Translations under genes and position numbers: made by a program
The notes under the pieces: generated by a model
What the model was told of the DNA's origin: nothing
The model's input: only the letters and a program-made list of their open reading frames with translations
The model's database searches: none
In this document: positions 25,426-34,061 of the stretch, piece by piece
Numbering within the stretch: the first letter of the stretch is position 1
Layout of the letters: each line of letters starts with the position of its first letter
Assembly: GCA_021791335.1 (NCBI GenBank)
Contig: JAJYWS010000005.1
Location: forward strand, 1-55,161
Length of the DNA stretch: 55,161 bases
Source of the DNA: Thermoplasmata archaeon
Lineage (GTDB): Archaea; Thermoplasmatota; Thermoplasmata; Lutacidiplasmatales; UBA184
Reading direction: 5' to 3'

Positions 25426-28372
25426 CCAGCCGGGCCGACCACTCGAAACCGTCCTCCGACCACCGTTGAACTCCCGGCCCGTCGGGCAGCGGTCGGTCCT
25501 CGAACTCCAGCCGATCGACCAAAAGGTCGGCGACGACCCGGTCCCGGGCGAGCTCGACCGCCTCCCGGGTCGGCGGGTCGACCGCGAGCGTGAGGTCGAT
25601 CCGGTCGGTGTAGTCGAGCCGGGCCGCCTTGCGGGCCTGCTGGAGGCGCCGAAGCAGCTCGCGCAGCAGCCCTTCCCGGGCGAGCTCCGCGGTCGGCCGG
25701 CGGGGCAGCGCGGCGACGACCCGGTCCTGCTCCCGGCGGATGACCCATTCGGTCTCCGACCAGCCGGACGTGGCGGCGCCCCAGCGGACGGTGCGGACGT
25801 TGAGCTCCTCGGCGAGCAGCCGGTCGGCCTCGTCGCCGAGGGGGGCCCAGCCGGCCGGCCGCGCCGAGGCGTAGGCGAGTTCGGCGAGCGGGATCCGGGC
25901 CTTGACCTCGGCGCGCTGCCGGAGGACCCGGCCCTGCTCCACCTCGGCCCGCAACTCGGCCATCGCCGTCTCGAGCTCGGTCGTCCGGGGAGCGAAGGGG
26001 ACCGGCCAGCGGCCGAGGTGGACCGACGTGTCGGCCGTGGTCCAGCCGGTCCGGGCCACCTCCTGGTGGAGCCACTCGGCGGTGAACGGCAGGAACGGGG
26101 CCAAAAGATGGGCGAGCCCGTCGAGGACCGCGCCGAGGGTCGCGAAGGCGTCGGTCCGGTCGGGGGTGTCCTCCTCCGCCCAGAACCTCGGCCGGGACCG
26201 GCGCAGATACCAGTTGGACAGGTCGTCGACGAAGCCCTGGATCGGCGCCACCGCCGGCCGCGGATCGCCGCTCTCGAGCGCGCGATCCACCGCCTCGCGG
26301 GTCGCCTCCCATCGGGAGAGGATCCACCGGTCGAGGGCGCCGGTCGGATGCGGGGGCCGCCCGTCCCAGCCGGGGCCCCCGGCCCGGGAGTTCTGGAGGT
26401 AGAAGGCGGCGACGTTGAGGAGCGTGCGGAGGAACCGGACCCCGGTCGACTGGACGATCCCGGGCGAGATCCGCATCGGCTCGGTAAAGTCGACCGCGAC
26501 GAACGTCCACCGGAGGGCATCGCCGCCGACCTGGGCGAGCAGCTCGAGGGGGTCGACGGCGTTCCCCTTCGACTTCGACATCTTCCGGCCGTTCTCGTCG
26601 AGGACCATGCCGTTGACGAGGACCCGCCGGTACGCCGGCCGGTCGAAGAGCGCGGTCGCCAGGACGTGCATCGTGTAGAACCAGCCCCGGGTCTGGTCGA
26701 GCCCCTCGCAGATGAAGTCGAGGGGCGCCTGGGGGTCGAAGCGGCCGGACTCGAACGGGTAGTGGTACTGGGCGAACGGCGCGCAGCCGGAGTCGTACCA
26801 GGTGTCGACGGTGTACGGCTCCCGCCGGGTGGCGTCCTGGCAGGTGGCGCACCGCACGCGGAGCCGGTCGACGCCGACCCGGTGGGGGTCGAAGTCGGGC
26901 GGCAGCGGCCCGCCGATCCGTTCGGCCAGCTCGGCGAAGCTGCCGATGCAGGTGGTGTGGCCCTGCGGGCAGACCCAGAGGGGGAGCGGGGTCCCCCAGT
27001 AGCGGTTGCGCGAGAGCGCCCAGTCCTTCGCGTCGGTGAGGAAGTTGCCGAACCGGCCGTCGCGCAGGTACGCCGGGATCCAGTCGACCGTCTGGTTGTG
27101 GGCGACGAGCCGGTCGGTCAGCCGCCGGGTGCGGAGGAACCAGGAGTCGATGGCGCGGTAGAGGAGCGGGGTGTCGCACCGCCAGCAGAACGGGTAGGTG
27201 TGCCGGATCGTTCCCTTCGCGTAGAGGAGCCCCCGGGCCTCCAGATCCGCCGTCAGGATCGGGTCGGCGGTCTTGAAGAACTTGCCCCGGACCGGCGGTA
27301 CCCGGTCGGTGAACCGGCCCCGGCTGTCGAGCGGATCGAAGCTCCCGACGTGGGCCGCCTCGCCGATCCGCTGATCCTCCGGTCCGAAGCTCGGGGAGGT
27401 GTGGACGAGGCCGGTCCCCTCCCCGGCGGTCACGCTGTCGTCGGTGACGACCCGGTAGCGCCCCGGCCCCGGACCGGCGAAGTCGAAGGGGGGCCGGTAC
27501 TCCCGGCCGGCGAGGTCGGAGCCCCGGCACCGCTCGATGACCCGGTCCCGGGGGAGGCCGTAGCGTTCGAGCGCCTCCTCGGCGAGGACCAGCTCCTCCC
27601 CGTCGTCCCCCGTGACCGTCACGTAGATGAGGTCGGACCGGGCCGCCACCAGCAGGTTCGCGGGGAGGGTCCAGGGCGTCGTCGTCCAGACCAGCAGGCT
27701 CCGGCGGGGACCGTGGGTCGGGAGCAGCGGGAAGCGGACGGTGACCGACGGGTCGGTCGCCTCCCGGTACCCCTGGGCGACCTCGTGGGAGCTCAACGGG
27801 GTCTCGCACCGGGGGCAGTAGGGCAGGACGTAGTGGCCCTTCTCCAGCAATTGCCGGTCGAAGAGCGTCTTGAGCGACCACCAGACGCTCTCGATGTAGG
27901 CCGGCTGCATGGTGAAGTAGGCGTGGTCGTAGTCGAGCCAGTAGCCGATGCGCCGGCTCATCTCGACGAACAGCCCCGCCGCGGTCGTCGCCTCGGTCCG
28001 GCAGGCGTCGGAGAACCGGCCGACGCCGTACGTCTCGATCTCGAGCTTGGATTTGAGGCCGATCTGCTTCTCCACCATGAGCTCGACCGGGAGCCCGTGG
28101 CAGTCCCAGCCGGCCATCGACGAGAGGATCCGGAACCCCTTCGCGCGCCGGTACCTCAGCTGGAGGTCCTTGAGGATCCGTTGGACCACATGGCCCATGT
28201 GCGGAGTGCCGTTCGCCGTCGGCGGACCCTCGGTGAACCGGAAGATGGGCGCGCCCGGTCGGTCGGCGAGCGCCCGGGGGATGACGCGGGTCGTCTCCCA
28301 GTACCGGCTCACCTGGGCCTCGATCTCGCGCAGCGAGATCGGGCGGGAGCCGGAAGCCTCGGGCGCGGCCAC
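25391..28372 (-). CDS. ileS: Isoleucyl-tRNA synthetase
   Basis: Motifs are PTANGTPHMGH (HIGH-type) and KMSKSKGN. I moved the start to GTG 28372 because the TATA-like box is only 11 nt from the ORF-track TTG at 28384. Confidence 0.9.
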   Translation of the reverse strand: MAAPEASGSRPISLREIEAQVSRYWETTRVIPRALADRPGAPIFRFTEGPPTANGTPHMGHVVQRILKDLQLRYRRAKGFRILSSMAGWDCHGLPVELMVEKQIGLKSKLEIETYGVGRFSDACRTEATTAAGLFVEMSRRIGYWLDYDHAYFTMQPAYIESVWWSLKTLFDRQLLEKGHYVLPYCPRCETPLSSHEVAQGYREATDPSVTVRFPLLPTHGPRRSLLVWTTTPWTLPANLLVAARSDLIYVTVTGDDGEELVLAEEALERYGLPRDRVIERCRGSDLAGREYRPPFDFAGPGPGRYRVVTDDSVTAGEGTGLVHTSPSFGPEDQRIGEAAHVGSFDPLDSRGRFTDRVPPVRGKFFKTADPILTADLEARGLLYAKGTIRHTYPFCWRCDTPLLYRAIDSWFLRTRRLTDRLVAHNQTVDWIPAYLRDGRFGNFLTDAKDWALSRNRYWGTPLPLWVCPQGHTTCIGSFAELAERIGGPLPPDFDPHRVGVDRLRVRCATCQDATRREPYTVDTWYDSGCAPFAQYHYPFESGRFDPQAPLDFICEGLDQTRGWFYTMHVLATALFDRPAYRRVLVNGMVLDENGRKMSKSKGNAVDPLELLAQVGGDALRWTFVAVDFTEPMRISPGIVQSTGVRFLRTLLNVAAFYLQNSRAGGPGWDGRPPHPTGALDRWILSRWEATREAVDRALESGDPRPAVAPIQGFVDDLSNWYLRRSRPRFWAEEDTPDRTDAFATLGAVLDGLAHLLAPFLPFTAEWLHQEVARTGWTTADTSVHLGRWPVPFAPRTTELETAMAELRAEVEQGRVLRQRAEVKARIPLAELAYASARPAGWAPLGDEADRLLAEELNVRTVRWGAATSGWSETEWVIRREQDRVVAALPRRPTAELAREGLLRELLRRLQQARKAARLDYTDRIDLTLAVDPPTREAVELARDRVVADLLVDRLEFEDRPLPDGPGVQRWSEDGFEWSARLVKVGPAPERRP

Positions 28373-28394
28373 GTCGGTCTCCAAAGGCCGGATC

Positions 28395-28400
28395 AGATAA
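28395..28400 (-). promoter_or_regulatory. TATA-like box (TTATCT on the minus strand) for ileS
   Basis: It lies 23 nt upstream of GTG 28372. Confidence 0.35.
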
Positions 28401-28417
28401 CGGCGACGACCGGCGCG

Positions 28418-29236
28418 CTAGCGGGTCATCCCGTAGGGCGGGGGGGAGACCGAGGAGGGGCCGACCCGGCTCGACGGGTGGGCGCGGAGGATCCGGCCGT
28501 CGTAGCGGTCGATCCGGCAATCGGCGCCGACCGTGATCGTGTCGGCCTTGAGATAGCCCACGTGGACCCCCTCCAGCTCGGCCGACCGGGCGTCGATCCG
28601 GAGGACCGAGAGCCCGGCCTCCCCGCGGCCGAGCACCTGACGCGCCAGGTGCCGGAGCGGGGTCGGCATCCACGACTGCATCGGCACCGCCTCCCGGGTG
28701 ATCCGGACCGTGTCGGCCGTGAGGTGCTCAAGGGTCGACGGGCCCCGGAGGGTGGCGTCGAAAAGGGTCACCGAGAGGTCGCCCCGGAGCTGGAGCGCGC
28801 CCCGGAGGACGAGCGTGTGGGCCTCGATCCGGGGGGCGTCGAGGAGGCCGGTCACCGAGAGTCCCCGGTCGACCCGGACGGGTCCCGCGAACTGGGCGAG
28901 GCCGTCGATCTCCGCCTCCCCGGCGTGGAACTCCGCGTCGCCCCGGTAGCTGCCCCGGAGCCTCAGCCGCCCGGAGATCTCGGTCGGTCCGTGGACCTCC
29001 AGGAGCCCGTGCGCCTCGATCTGCTCGGCCGTCAGGCGGCCCCCGATGGTGACCCGGTCCGAGATCTCGGCGACGCCGATCTCGGCATCCCCCACGATCC
29101 GGGCGGCCCCCTGGAGCCGCCAGGCCGACGCGGTCAGGGTCGCGTAGCGGACCACGCCGCGGTCCCGGAGGAACTTCGACCGGTCGGTCGGAGCTGGGGA
29201 GGGGCCGGGCACGGCCGACGAGGAGGCCGCGCTCAT
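28418..29236 (-). CDS. Bactofilin-like beta-helix repeat protein (tentative)
   Basis: This is the C-terminal 272 aa of ORF 28418..29683. Short repeats such as ..IVGDAEIGVAEISDRVTIGGRLTAEQIEAHGLLEVHGPTEISGRLRLRG.. resemble polymer-forming DUF583 windings. The ATG overlaps the upstream stop (ATGA). Confidence 0.45.
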   Translation of the reverse strand: MSAASSSAVPGPSPAPTDRSKFLRDRGVVRYATLTASAWRLQGAARIVGDAEIGVAEISDRVTIGGRLTAEQIEAHGLLEVHGPTEISGRLRLRGSYRGDAEFHAGEAEIDGLAQFAGPVRVDRGLSVTGLLDAPRIEAHTLVLRGALQLRGDLSVTLFDATLRGPSTLEHLTADTVRITREAVPMQSWMPTPLRHLARQVLGRGEAGLSVLRIDARSAELEGVHVGYLKADTITVGADCRIDRYDGRILRAHPSSRVGPSSVSPPPYGMTR

Positions 29237-29670
29237 GGCCGCCCGCCGTCCGAGGCGCCGAGGAGCCTCCGATGCTCCTGCATGATGCAGCGGTCCTCCA
29301 CGACGACCCGGCCGGCCGCCCGCCCCCGGGCCGCGGCGGCCGGGTGGGCGACCCCGAGCTGCATCCAGATGCCGAGCACCTCGGGGCGCTCGAGCGCCTC
29401 GGCGACGACCGGTTCGACCTGGTCGCTGCGCCGGAAGATGTCGACCAGATCGACGCGGGTCGTCGGCGGGATGGCGGTGAGGGAGGGGTAGGACGTCTCC
29501 CCGAGGATCTCGGCGGCCATCGGGTTCACGGGGATCACCCGGAAGCCGTTCGACTGGAGGTAGCGGGCCACCTGGTTCGAATCCCGGTCGGCCTTGTCCG
29601 AAAGGCCGACGACCGCGACCGTGCGGCTGCGCTGCAGGAGCTCTCGGAGCTGGGCGTCGTCGGTCGGCAT
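29233..29670 (-). CDS. CoA-binding domain protein (YccU-like)
   Basis: The motif TVAVVGLSDKADRDSNQVARYLQSNGFRVIPVNP is present. The protein is 145 aa long. Confidence 0.8.
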   Translation of the reverse strand: MPTDDAQLRELLQRSRTVAVVGLSDKADRDSNQVARYLQSNGFRVIPVNPMAAEILGETSYPSLTAIPPTTRVDLVDIFRRSDQVEPVVAEALERPEVLGIWMQLGVAHPAAAARGRAAGRVVVEDRCIMQEHRRLLGASDGGRP

Positions 29671-29692
29671 GGCGGCGCGCCACCCCCTCCCG

Positions 29693-30556
29693 TTACAAGA
29701 CGGTAGCGGGGGGTCCGGCCGGTCGGCCGGGCGTGGGCGGCCCCGACCAGGGACTCTTAAGGTAGAGGAGGAACCCGATCAGCACCCCGATCAGGATGAG
29801 ACCGTAGTGGAGGCCCAGGGCGGCCGGCGCGTCCAGCAGGGAGTAGAAGGCGATCGCGTCGGTCGCCCCGTGCAGGACCGCGACGACCACGAGGTTCCCT
29901 CCCGAGGCCCGGACCGCCCCGGCGAAGGCCAGGCCGAGGAAGAACAGGGTCGGGAAGATCAGCGGGGCCGCCACGGTGTAGGTCGAGGCGTAGTAGAGAT
30001 GGACGAGGGCGAAGAGGGCGCTCGAGCCGATCGCCGGGGCGAGCCACCGCTCGCTCCGGCCGAGCCAGTAGCCGAAGATCCAGCCGCGGAACAGCACCTC
30101 CTCGAAGGCGCCGGCCACGAAGGAGAAGCCGATGTAGAACCAGGGGTTGCTCGCCGCGGCCACCAGCTCGGGATTCGGCTGGTTGAGCAGGCCCAGCGCC
30201 GAGGGGTCGACCGCCTGGTAGACCGCGGCCAGGACGACCGTCACCCCGAGGGCCAGGAGGGAGAGCAGCCCGTACCATCGGAGCCCCTCCCCGATCGCCC
30301 GGCGCATCCCCGTGCGGTACCGCCTCAGGGGGGCGCCGCCGACCAGGAGGGCGAAGACCAGGACCGGCAGCAGGTAGACGACCGCCACGTCCCCGAGCAG
30401 ACCGCCGTAGACGACCCGGGCGGCCGGCAGCAGTTCCGGGACGAAGTACTGGGAGTAGATCGCCACGACCGTGACGGCGGTGGCGATGAGGTAGTTGCGG
30501 AGCCCCCCCGGGCGGCCCCGGCCGGGGGCCGGATCCCCGGTCTGGGCCCCGGCCAT
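29693..30556 (-). CDS. CPBP-family intramembrane glutamic endopeptidase (CAAX protease/Abi)
   Basis: Motifs are GAFEEVLFRGW, FALVHLYY and LHGATDAIAF. The protein is polytopic. Confidence 0.8.
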   Translation of the reverse strand: MAGAQTGDPAPGRGRPGGLRNYLIATAVTVVAIYSQYFVPELLPAARVVYGGLLGDVAVVYLLPVLVFALLVGGAPLRRYRTGMRRAIGEGLRWYGLLSLLALGVTVVLAAVYQAVDPSALGLLNQPNPELVAAASNPWFYIGFSFVAGAFEEVLFRGWIFGYWLGRSERWLAPAIGSSALFALVHLYYASTYTVAAPLIFPTLFFLGLAFAGAVRASGGNLVVVAVLHGATDAIAFYSLLDAPAALGLHYGLILIGVLIGFLLYLKSPWSGPPTPGRPAGPPATVL

Positions 30557-30580
30557 CGCAGCCCCGGGACCCCGGGCGGC

Positions 30581-30587
30581 TACATAT
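30581..30587. promoter_or_regulatory. Shared TATA-like element (TACATAT) between divergent CPBP and ETF genes
   Basis: It lies 25 nt from CPBP ATG 30556 and 23 nt from ETF GTG 30610. Confidence 0.4.
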
Positions 30588-30609
30588 CCGTGACCGCGGT
30601 CGGGCGGTC

Positions 30610-32451
30610 GTGCCGCCAGTGGAGTTCCGGGTCCTGGGCAAGGTCGTCCCCCGCAGCGATGAGAGCGACTTCGATCCCGTCACCCTGAGGCTCCGCCGGG
30701 AGGGGGTCCCCCAGTTCCTGAACCCGCTCGACCAGCGGGCGCTGCGGATCGCGCTGGATCTCCGGGCGCCGGCCGAACCGGTCCGGCTGCTCTCGCTCGG
30801 CCCGCCGGGGGTGGCCCCGGTCCTGGCCGAGAGCTACGCCCTGGGGGTCGACGAGATCGACCTCCTGTCCGATCCCGCGTTCGCGGGCTCCGACACGCTG
30901 GCCACGGCTCGGCTCATCGCCCGCGCGGTCGGCCGCGCCCCCGCCTCCACGATCCTCGTGACCGGCGAGCGGAGCACCGATAGCGAGACCGGGCAGGTGC
31001 CGGCCCAGATCGCCGAGATCCTCGGCTGGCCGCTCTTCAGCGGGGCCCGGGAGATCCGCCGGCCGCCCGACGGCGATCGGTGGGAGATCACGACCGATTC
31101 GGAGCCGGGGTGGAGCCGGTACCGGGCCGCGCCGCCGTTCGTCGTCAGTGTCGGGGAAAAGGTCGCCCCGCTCCGCAAGGCGGCCCCCGAGGAGATCGAG
31201 GCCGCCCGCCGACGGCCCGTCCCCGTCCACTCGGCCGAGGCGCTCGGCGTGGACCCTGCGACGGTGGGGGCCCGAGGGTCACCGACCCGGGTGCGGTGGT
31301 GGCGGCCCGACGCCCCCCGGCGGAGCCCCGTGGTGCTTGCCGAGGGGCCGCTCGAGGAGCGGATCGGCCGGGCCGCGGCGATTCTCCGGTCCCGATGGGA
31401 ACGATCGGGGGCCGGGGCCCCGGCCGGGTCGCCCGGCGCCCCCCTCCGGCTCACGGGTCCCATGGCGGTCCTGGTCACCGACGAGGACGGCCACCCCGAC
31501 CCCGAGGCCATCGCGATGCTTTCCGCGCTGCGGGCGCGGGCGCCCCGGGTCGAGATCCGGGCGCTCTGGGTCGGAGCGACGCCCTCGACCGCGGAGGAAG
31601 AACGGCTCCGCCGGGCCGGCGCCGATCGGGCCGACCACTGGCCGGTGCCGGACGGGATCTGGGATGCGGCCGGGGTCGCCGAAGCGCTGGCCGGCCTCTT
31701 CCGCTCCTCCGGGCCGTTCCTCGGGGGGCTTTTCGTCTCCCACCCCTTCGGCCGAGCGGTCGCGGGCCGGCTGGCGGCGCGGCTCGGATGCGGCCTGACG
31801 GGGGACGCCGTCGGCCTGGCCGAGGAGGAGGGTGCGCCGGTCTGGATCAAGCCGGCGTCGGGCGGCTCGGCGAGCGCGGGGATCGCCGCGAGCGGCCTCC
31901 CCCACCTGGCCACGGTCCGGCCCGGGGCGTTCGAGGACGCGGGCCGTCGCCCCGATCCGGGGCCGATCGACTGGTCGAATCACGCCGCCCTTTCCACCGA
32001 GGGCCGGTATGCCCGGGTCGCGGCGGACCGGACGCCGGATCCGGCGCTCTCCCGTCTGCGGCGGGCGGAGGTCGTGGTCGTGGTCGGCCGGGGCTCGGGG
32101 GGCCCGGAGCGCTGGACCCGGATCGCGCCGATCCTGGAGCGTTGGGGGGCCGCCTGGGGGGCGACCCGGAAGGTGGTCGACGCCGAGCGGTTGCCGAAGG
32201 GGCGCCAGATCGGACTCACGGGCGTCTCGATCGCCCCGCGGCTTGCGGTGCTGCTCGGGGTCGGGGGGTCATCGAACCATCTGATCGGACTCCGTCGGGC
32301 CGGCACCCTGCTCGCCGTCAATTCGGATCCGGCGGCCCCGGTCTTCGCGGGGGTCGATGTGGGGATCGTCGCGCCGATCGAGGAGGTCCTCCCCCTCCTG
32401 CCCGGGGCGTTCGGGTTCCTCGGGGGAGCCTCTCGGTCCCCGGAGCCGTAG
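30610..32451 (+). CDS. Fused electron transfer flavoprotein, EtfB-like N-terminal half and EtfA-like C-terminal half
   Basis: The N-terminal half has ..AFAGSDTLATARLIA..TGERSTDSETGQVPAQIAEILGWP.. (EtfB-like). The C-terminal half has ..VVVGRGSGGPE..GATRKVVDAERLPKGRQIGLTGVSIAPRLAVLLGVGGSSNHLIGL..LLAVNSDPAAPVF.. (EtfA-like). It is a single 613-aa ORF. Confidence 0.75.
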   Translation: MPPVEFRVLGKVVPRSDESDFDPVTLRLRREGVPQFLNPLDQRALRIALDLRAPAEPVRLLSLGPPGVAPVLAESYALGVDEIDLLSDPAFAGSDTLATARLIARAVGRAPASTILVTGERSTDSETGQVPAQIAEILGWPLFSGAREIRRPPDGDRWEITTDSEPGWSRYRAAPPFVVSVGEKVAPLRKAAPEEIEAARRRPVPVHSAEALGVDPATVGARGSPTRVRWWRPDAPRRSPVVLAEGPLEERIGRAAAILRSRWERSGAGAPAGSPGAPLRLTGPMAVLVTDEDGHPDPEAIAMLSALRARAPRVEIRALWVGATPSTAEEERLRRAGADRADHWPVPDGIWDAAGVAEALAGLFRSSGPFLGGLFVSHPFGRAVAGRLAARLGCGLTGDAVGLAEEEGAPVWIKPASGGSASAGIAASGLPHLATVRPGAFEDAGRRPDPGPIDWSNHAALSTEGRYARVAADRTPDPALSRLRRAEVVVVVGRGSGGPERWTRIAPILERWGAAWGATRKVVDAERLPKGRQIGLTGVSIAPRLAVLLGVGGSSNHLIGLRRAGTLLAVNSDPAAPVFAGVDVGIVAPIEEVLPLLPGAFGFLGGASRSPEP

Positions 32452-32459
32452 CGCCGGCC

Positions 32460-32687
32460 TCAGCGCCGCCGGACCGTCCGCAGCGTCTGCTCGGCCGCCC
32501 GGATGCACGCAAAGAGGTCATCGGCGGTGGCGCGGACGCTCGCGGCGGTCGGCCCGCTCCACCGGAGTTCCAGTGTCGATCCGATCCGTTCGGCCCGGAC
32601 CTGCGGCGGGTGGTCGGTGGCGATCGCCCGGGCCACCTGATCGGCCATCCGGGCGTCGGGGTACTCCCGGCGGGCGGTGACCGTCAC
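32460..32687 (-). CDS. pcc1: KEOPS subunit Pcc1-like protein
   Basis: The 75-aa protein follows the Pcc1/CTAG layout: ..ADQVARAIATDHP..GSTLELRWSGPTAASVRATADDLFACIRAAEQTL... Its GTG start overlaps the upstream stop (GTGA). Confidence 0.55.
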   Translation of the reverse strand: MTVTARREYPDARMADQVARAIATDHPPQVRAERIGSTLELRWSGPTAASVRATADDLFACIRAAEQTLRTVRRR

Positions 32688-33682
32688 TTCGACCGGCGGG
32701 ACGGCTTTCGGGGGGTCGGGCGGGATCGGTCACCCCCTGGGGCGGACGCCCCGGGACCCCGTTCGAGTGCGCCCGGCACGACGGGGGCGGTGGTGGTGCG
32801 GCGGGCGACCTCGGCCGCCGCCCGCTCGGCCAGGTAGTGCATCACCGACGGCCAGATCTTCCCGTCCGGCCGTTGCTTGTTCTCGAAGTTGTTCTCGCCG
32901 AGGAACCGTTCGAAGGCGGTGCGGGAGGCGGCGTCCCAGCTCCCGCTGCGCGGCCCATGGTAGTAGCCGAGGACTCCGAGATCGTGTTGGAGGGCCACCG
33001 CGACCTCGCCCTCGATGGGCCGGGCCGTCGCCGGATCCTCCCGGTCCAGCAGGGTGAGATCGTAGAGGCGGAAGATCCGGCGCAGCTCCTCGATCGGGGA
33101 CGGGTGGTCGTCGACCCGCAGATCCACCCAGCGATCGCTGCCCTCGTCATAGCCGCCCTTCTCGCGGACGATCAGCATCGCCGCCGACTGCATCCCCCGG
33201 CGGTCGCCGCCCTCGCGCTGGCCGGCGGCGAGGGCCGAGAGCAGCCGCTCGGGAAGATCCCCGGGGGTCGTCTCGTAGGCGCGGGCCATCGCTTCGACGA
33301 CCGCCGGCGCGAAGAGGATGTTCCCCTGGCAGGTGAAGCCGGAGCCCACCACATGGCCGGCCCACTCCATGCAGGCCGTGCCGGTGTGGGCGGCCGCCCC
33401 CCCGCGGGCATCGACGACGCCGAGCTGGCGGTGATCGCGTCGATCGTCGCTCGCGACCAGGGTGCGGACGACCTCCTCGGCCGACCGGCCTTCCCGGAGG
33501 AGATCGAGCCCCCGGGGCCCGTAGGTCACGTTGGCATACGCCTGCGTCGCGAGCGCGCCGACCTTGGCGGCCGCCCAGGGGACGACCGCGCCGACCGAGA
33601 TGAACTTCGACTGGACCGCCACGCCCCAGGTACCTCGGTCGGGGTCGTGGGCGACGATCGAGAAGGTGCCGAATCGGACCAT
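32684..33682 (-). CDS. DUF1028 (Ntn-hydrolase-like) protein with a C-terminal peptidoglycan-binding-like repeat
   Basis: It starts MVRFGTFSIVAHDP. The C-terminus is ..VAVALQHDLGVLGYYHGPRSGSWDAASRTAFERFLGENNF... The upstream part of ORF 32684..34162 is rejected. Confidence 0.75.
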   Translation of the reverse strand: MVRFGTFSIVAHDPDRGTWGVAVQSKFISVGAVVPWAAAKVGALATQAYANVTYGPRGLDLLREGRSAEEVVRTLVASDDRRDHRQLGVVDARGGAAAHTGTACMEWAGHVVGSGFTCQGNILFAPAVVEAMARAYETTPGDLPERLLSALAAGQREGGDRRGMQSAAMLIVREKGGYDEGSDRWVDLRVDDHPSPIEELRRIFRLYDLTLLDREDPATARPIEGEVAVALQHDLGVLGYYHGPRSGSWDAASRTAFERFLGENNFENKQRPDGKIWPSVMHYLAERAAAEVARRTTTAPVVPGALERGPGASAPGGDRSRPTPRKPSRRSK

Positions 33683-33705
33683 GCCGGCGCAACCGATCGC
33701 GCCGT

Positions 33706-34059
33706 TTAATGGCTCCGTTTCGGCCCCGGAAGGAGCCGGGGCGGCGGCCGGGGGGCCCCCGTGGGGTCCAGGAGATCGCCCAGCACCGCCTCGACCTCCG
33801 CATCGGCTTCGGCGGTCCGCCCCTGGGTGCGCAGCCGGGCCGCCCGGTAAAGCCGCGACCGGGCGTCGCCGGTCGATCCGCCGGCCCGGTCCTCGAGGTC
33901 GAGGAGCCTCAGGGCCAGCCGTTGGCGGTTCGTCCCCCGGTCCTCTTCGGGGTCGGGGGATGTCGAATCGGGGGTGCGGGGCACGTAGGCCACGAGCCCC
34001 CGGGGCCAGTCGCGCACCTCGCCCTCGCCCCGACGGATCGCGGGGCGCTTCTCCGCCAT
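33706..34059 (-). CDS. Hypothetical protein (117 aa)
   Basis: Its ATG lies 2 nt after the upstream stop, within a co-directional operon. It has no recognisable motif and a charged, helical-looking C-terminal half. Confidence 0.4.
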   Translation of the reverse strand: MAEKRPAIRRGEGEVRDWPRGLVAYVPRTPDSTSPDPEEDRGTNRQRLALRLLDLEDRAGGSTGDARSRLYRAARLRTQGRTAEADAEVEAVLGDLLDPTGAPRPPPRLLPGPKRSH

Positions 34060-34061
34060 CG

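Noticed and set aside
25341-28673. 1110-aa minus-strand ORF overlapping ileS in another frame
   Set aside because: It is an alternative frame of ileS, with Arg/Pro/Gly-rich low-complexity sequence. The ileS frame carries the HIGH and KMSKS motifs, whereas this frame carries none.
25466-29491. 1341-aa plus-strand ORF, the longest in the window
   Set aside because: It runs antisense to the well-supported ileS, bactofilin-like and CoA-binding genes. Its composition is dominated by Arg/Pro/Gly/Asp/Glu with no recognisable domain. This is the typical stop-codon-poor shadow frame of very GC-rich DNA.
29573-29590. tRNA T-arm-like sequence GGTTCGAATCCCGG (also GGTTCGAATTCCC on the minus strand around 961-975)
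   Set aside because: Both lie inside well-supported coding frames (the CoA-binding protein and the U32 protein). The flanks cannot form acceptor, D or anticodon stems, and the first has a mismatch in the T stem. I found no tRNA in the window.
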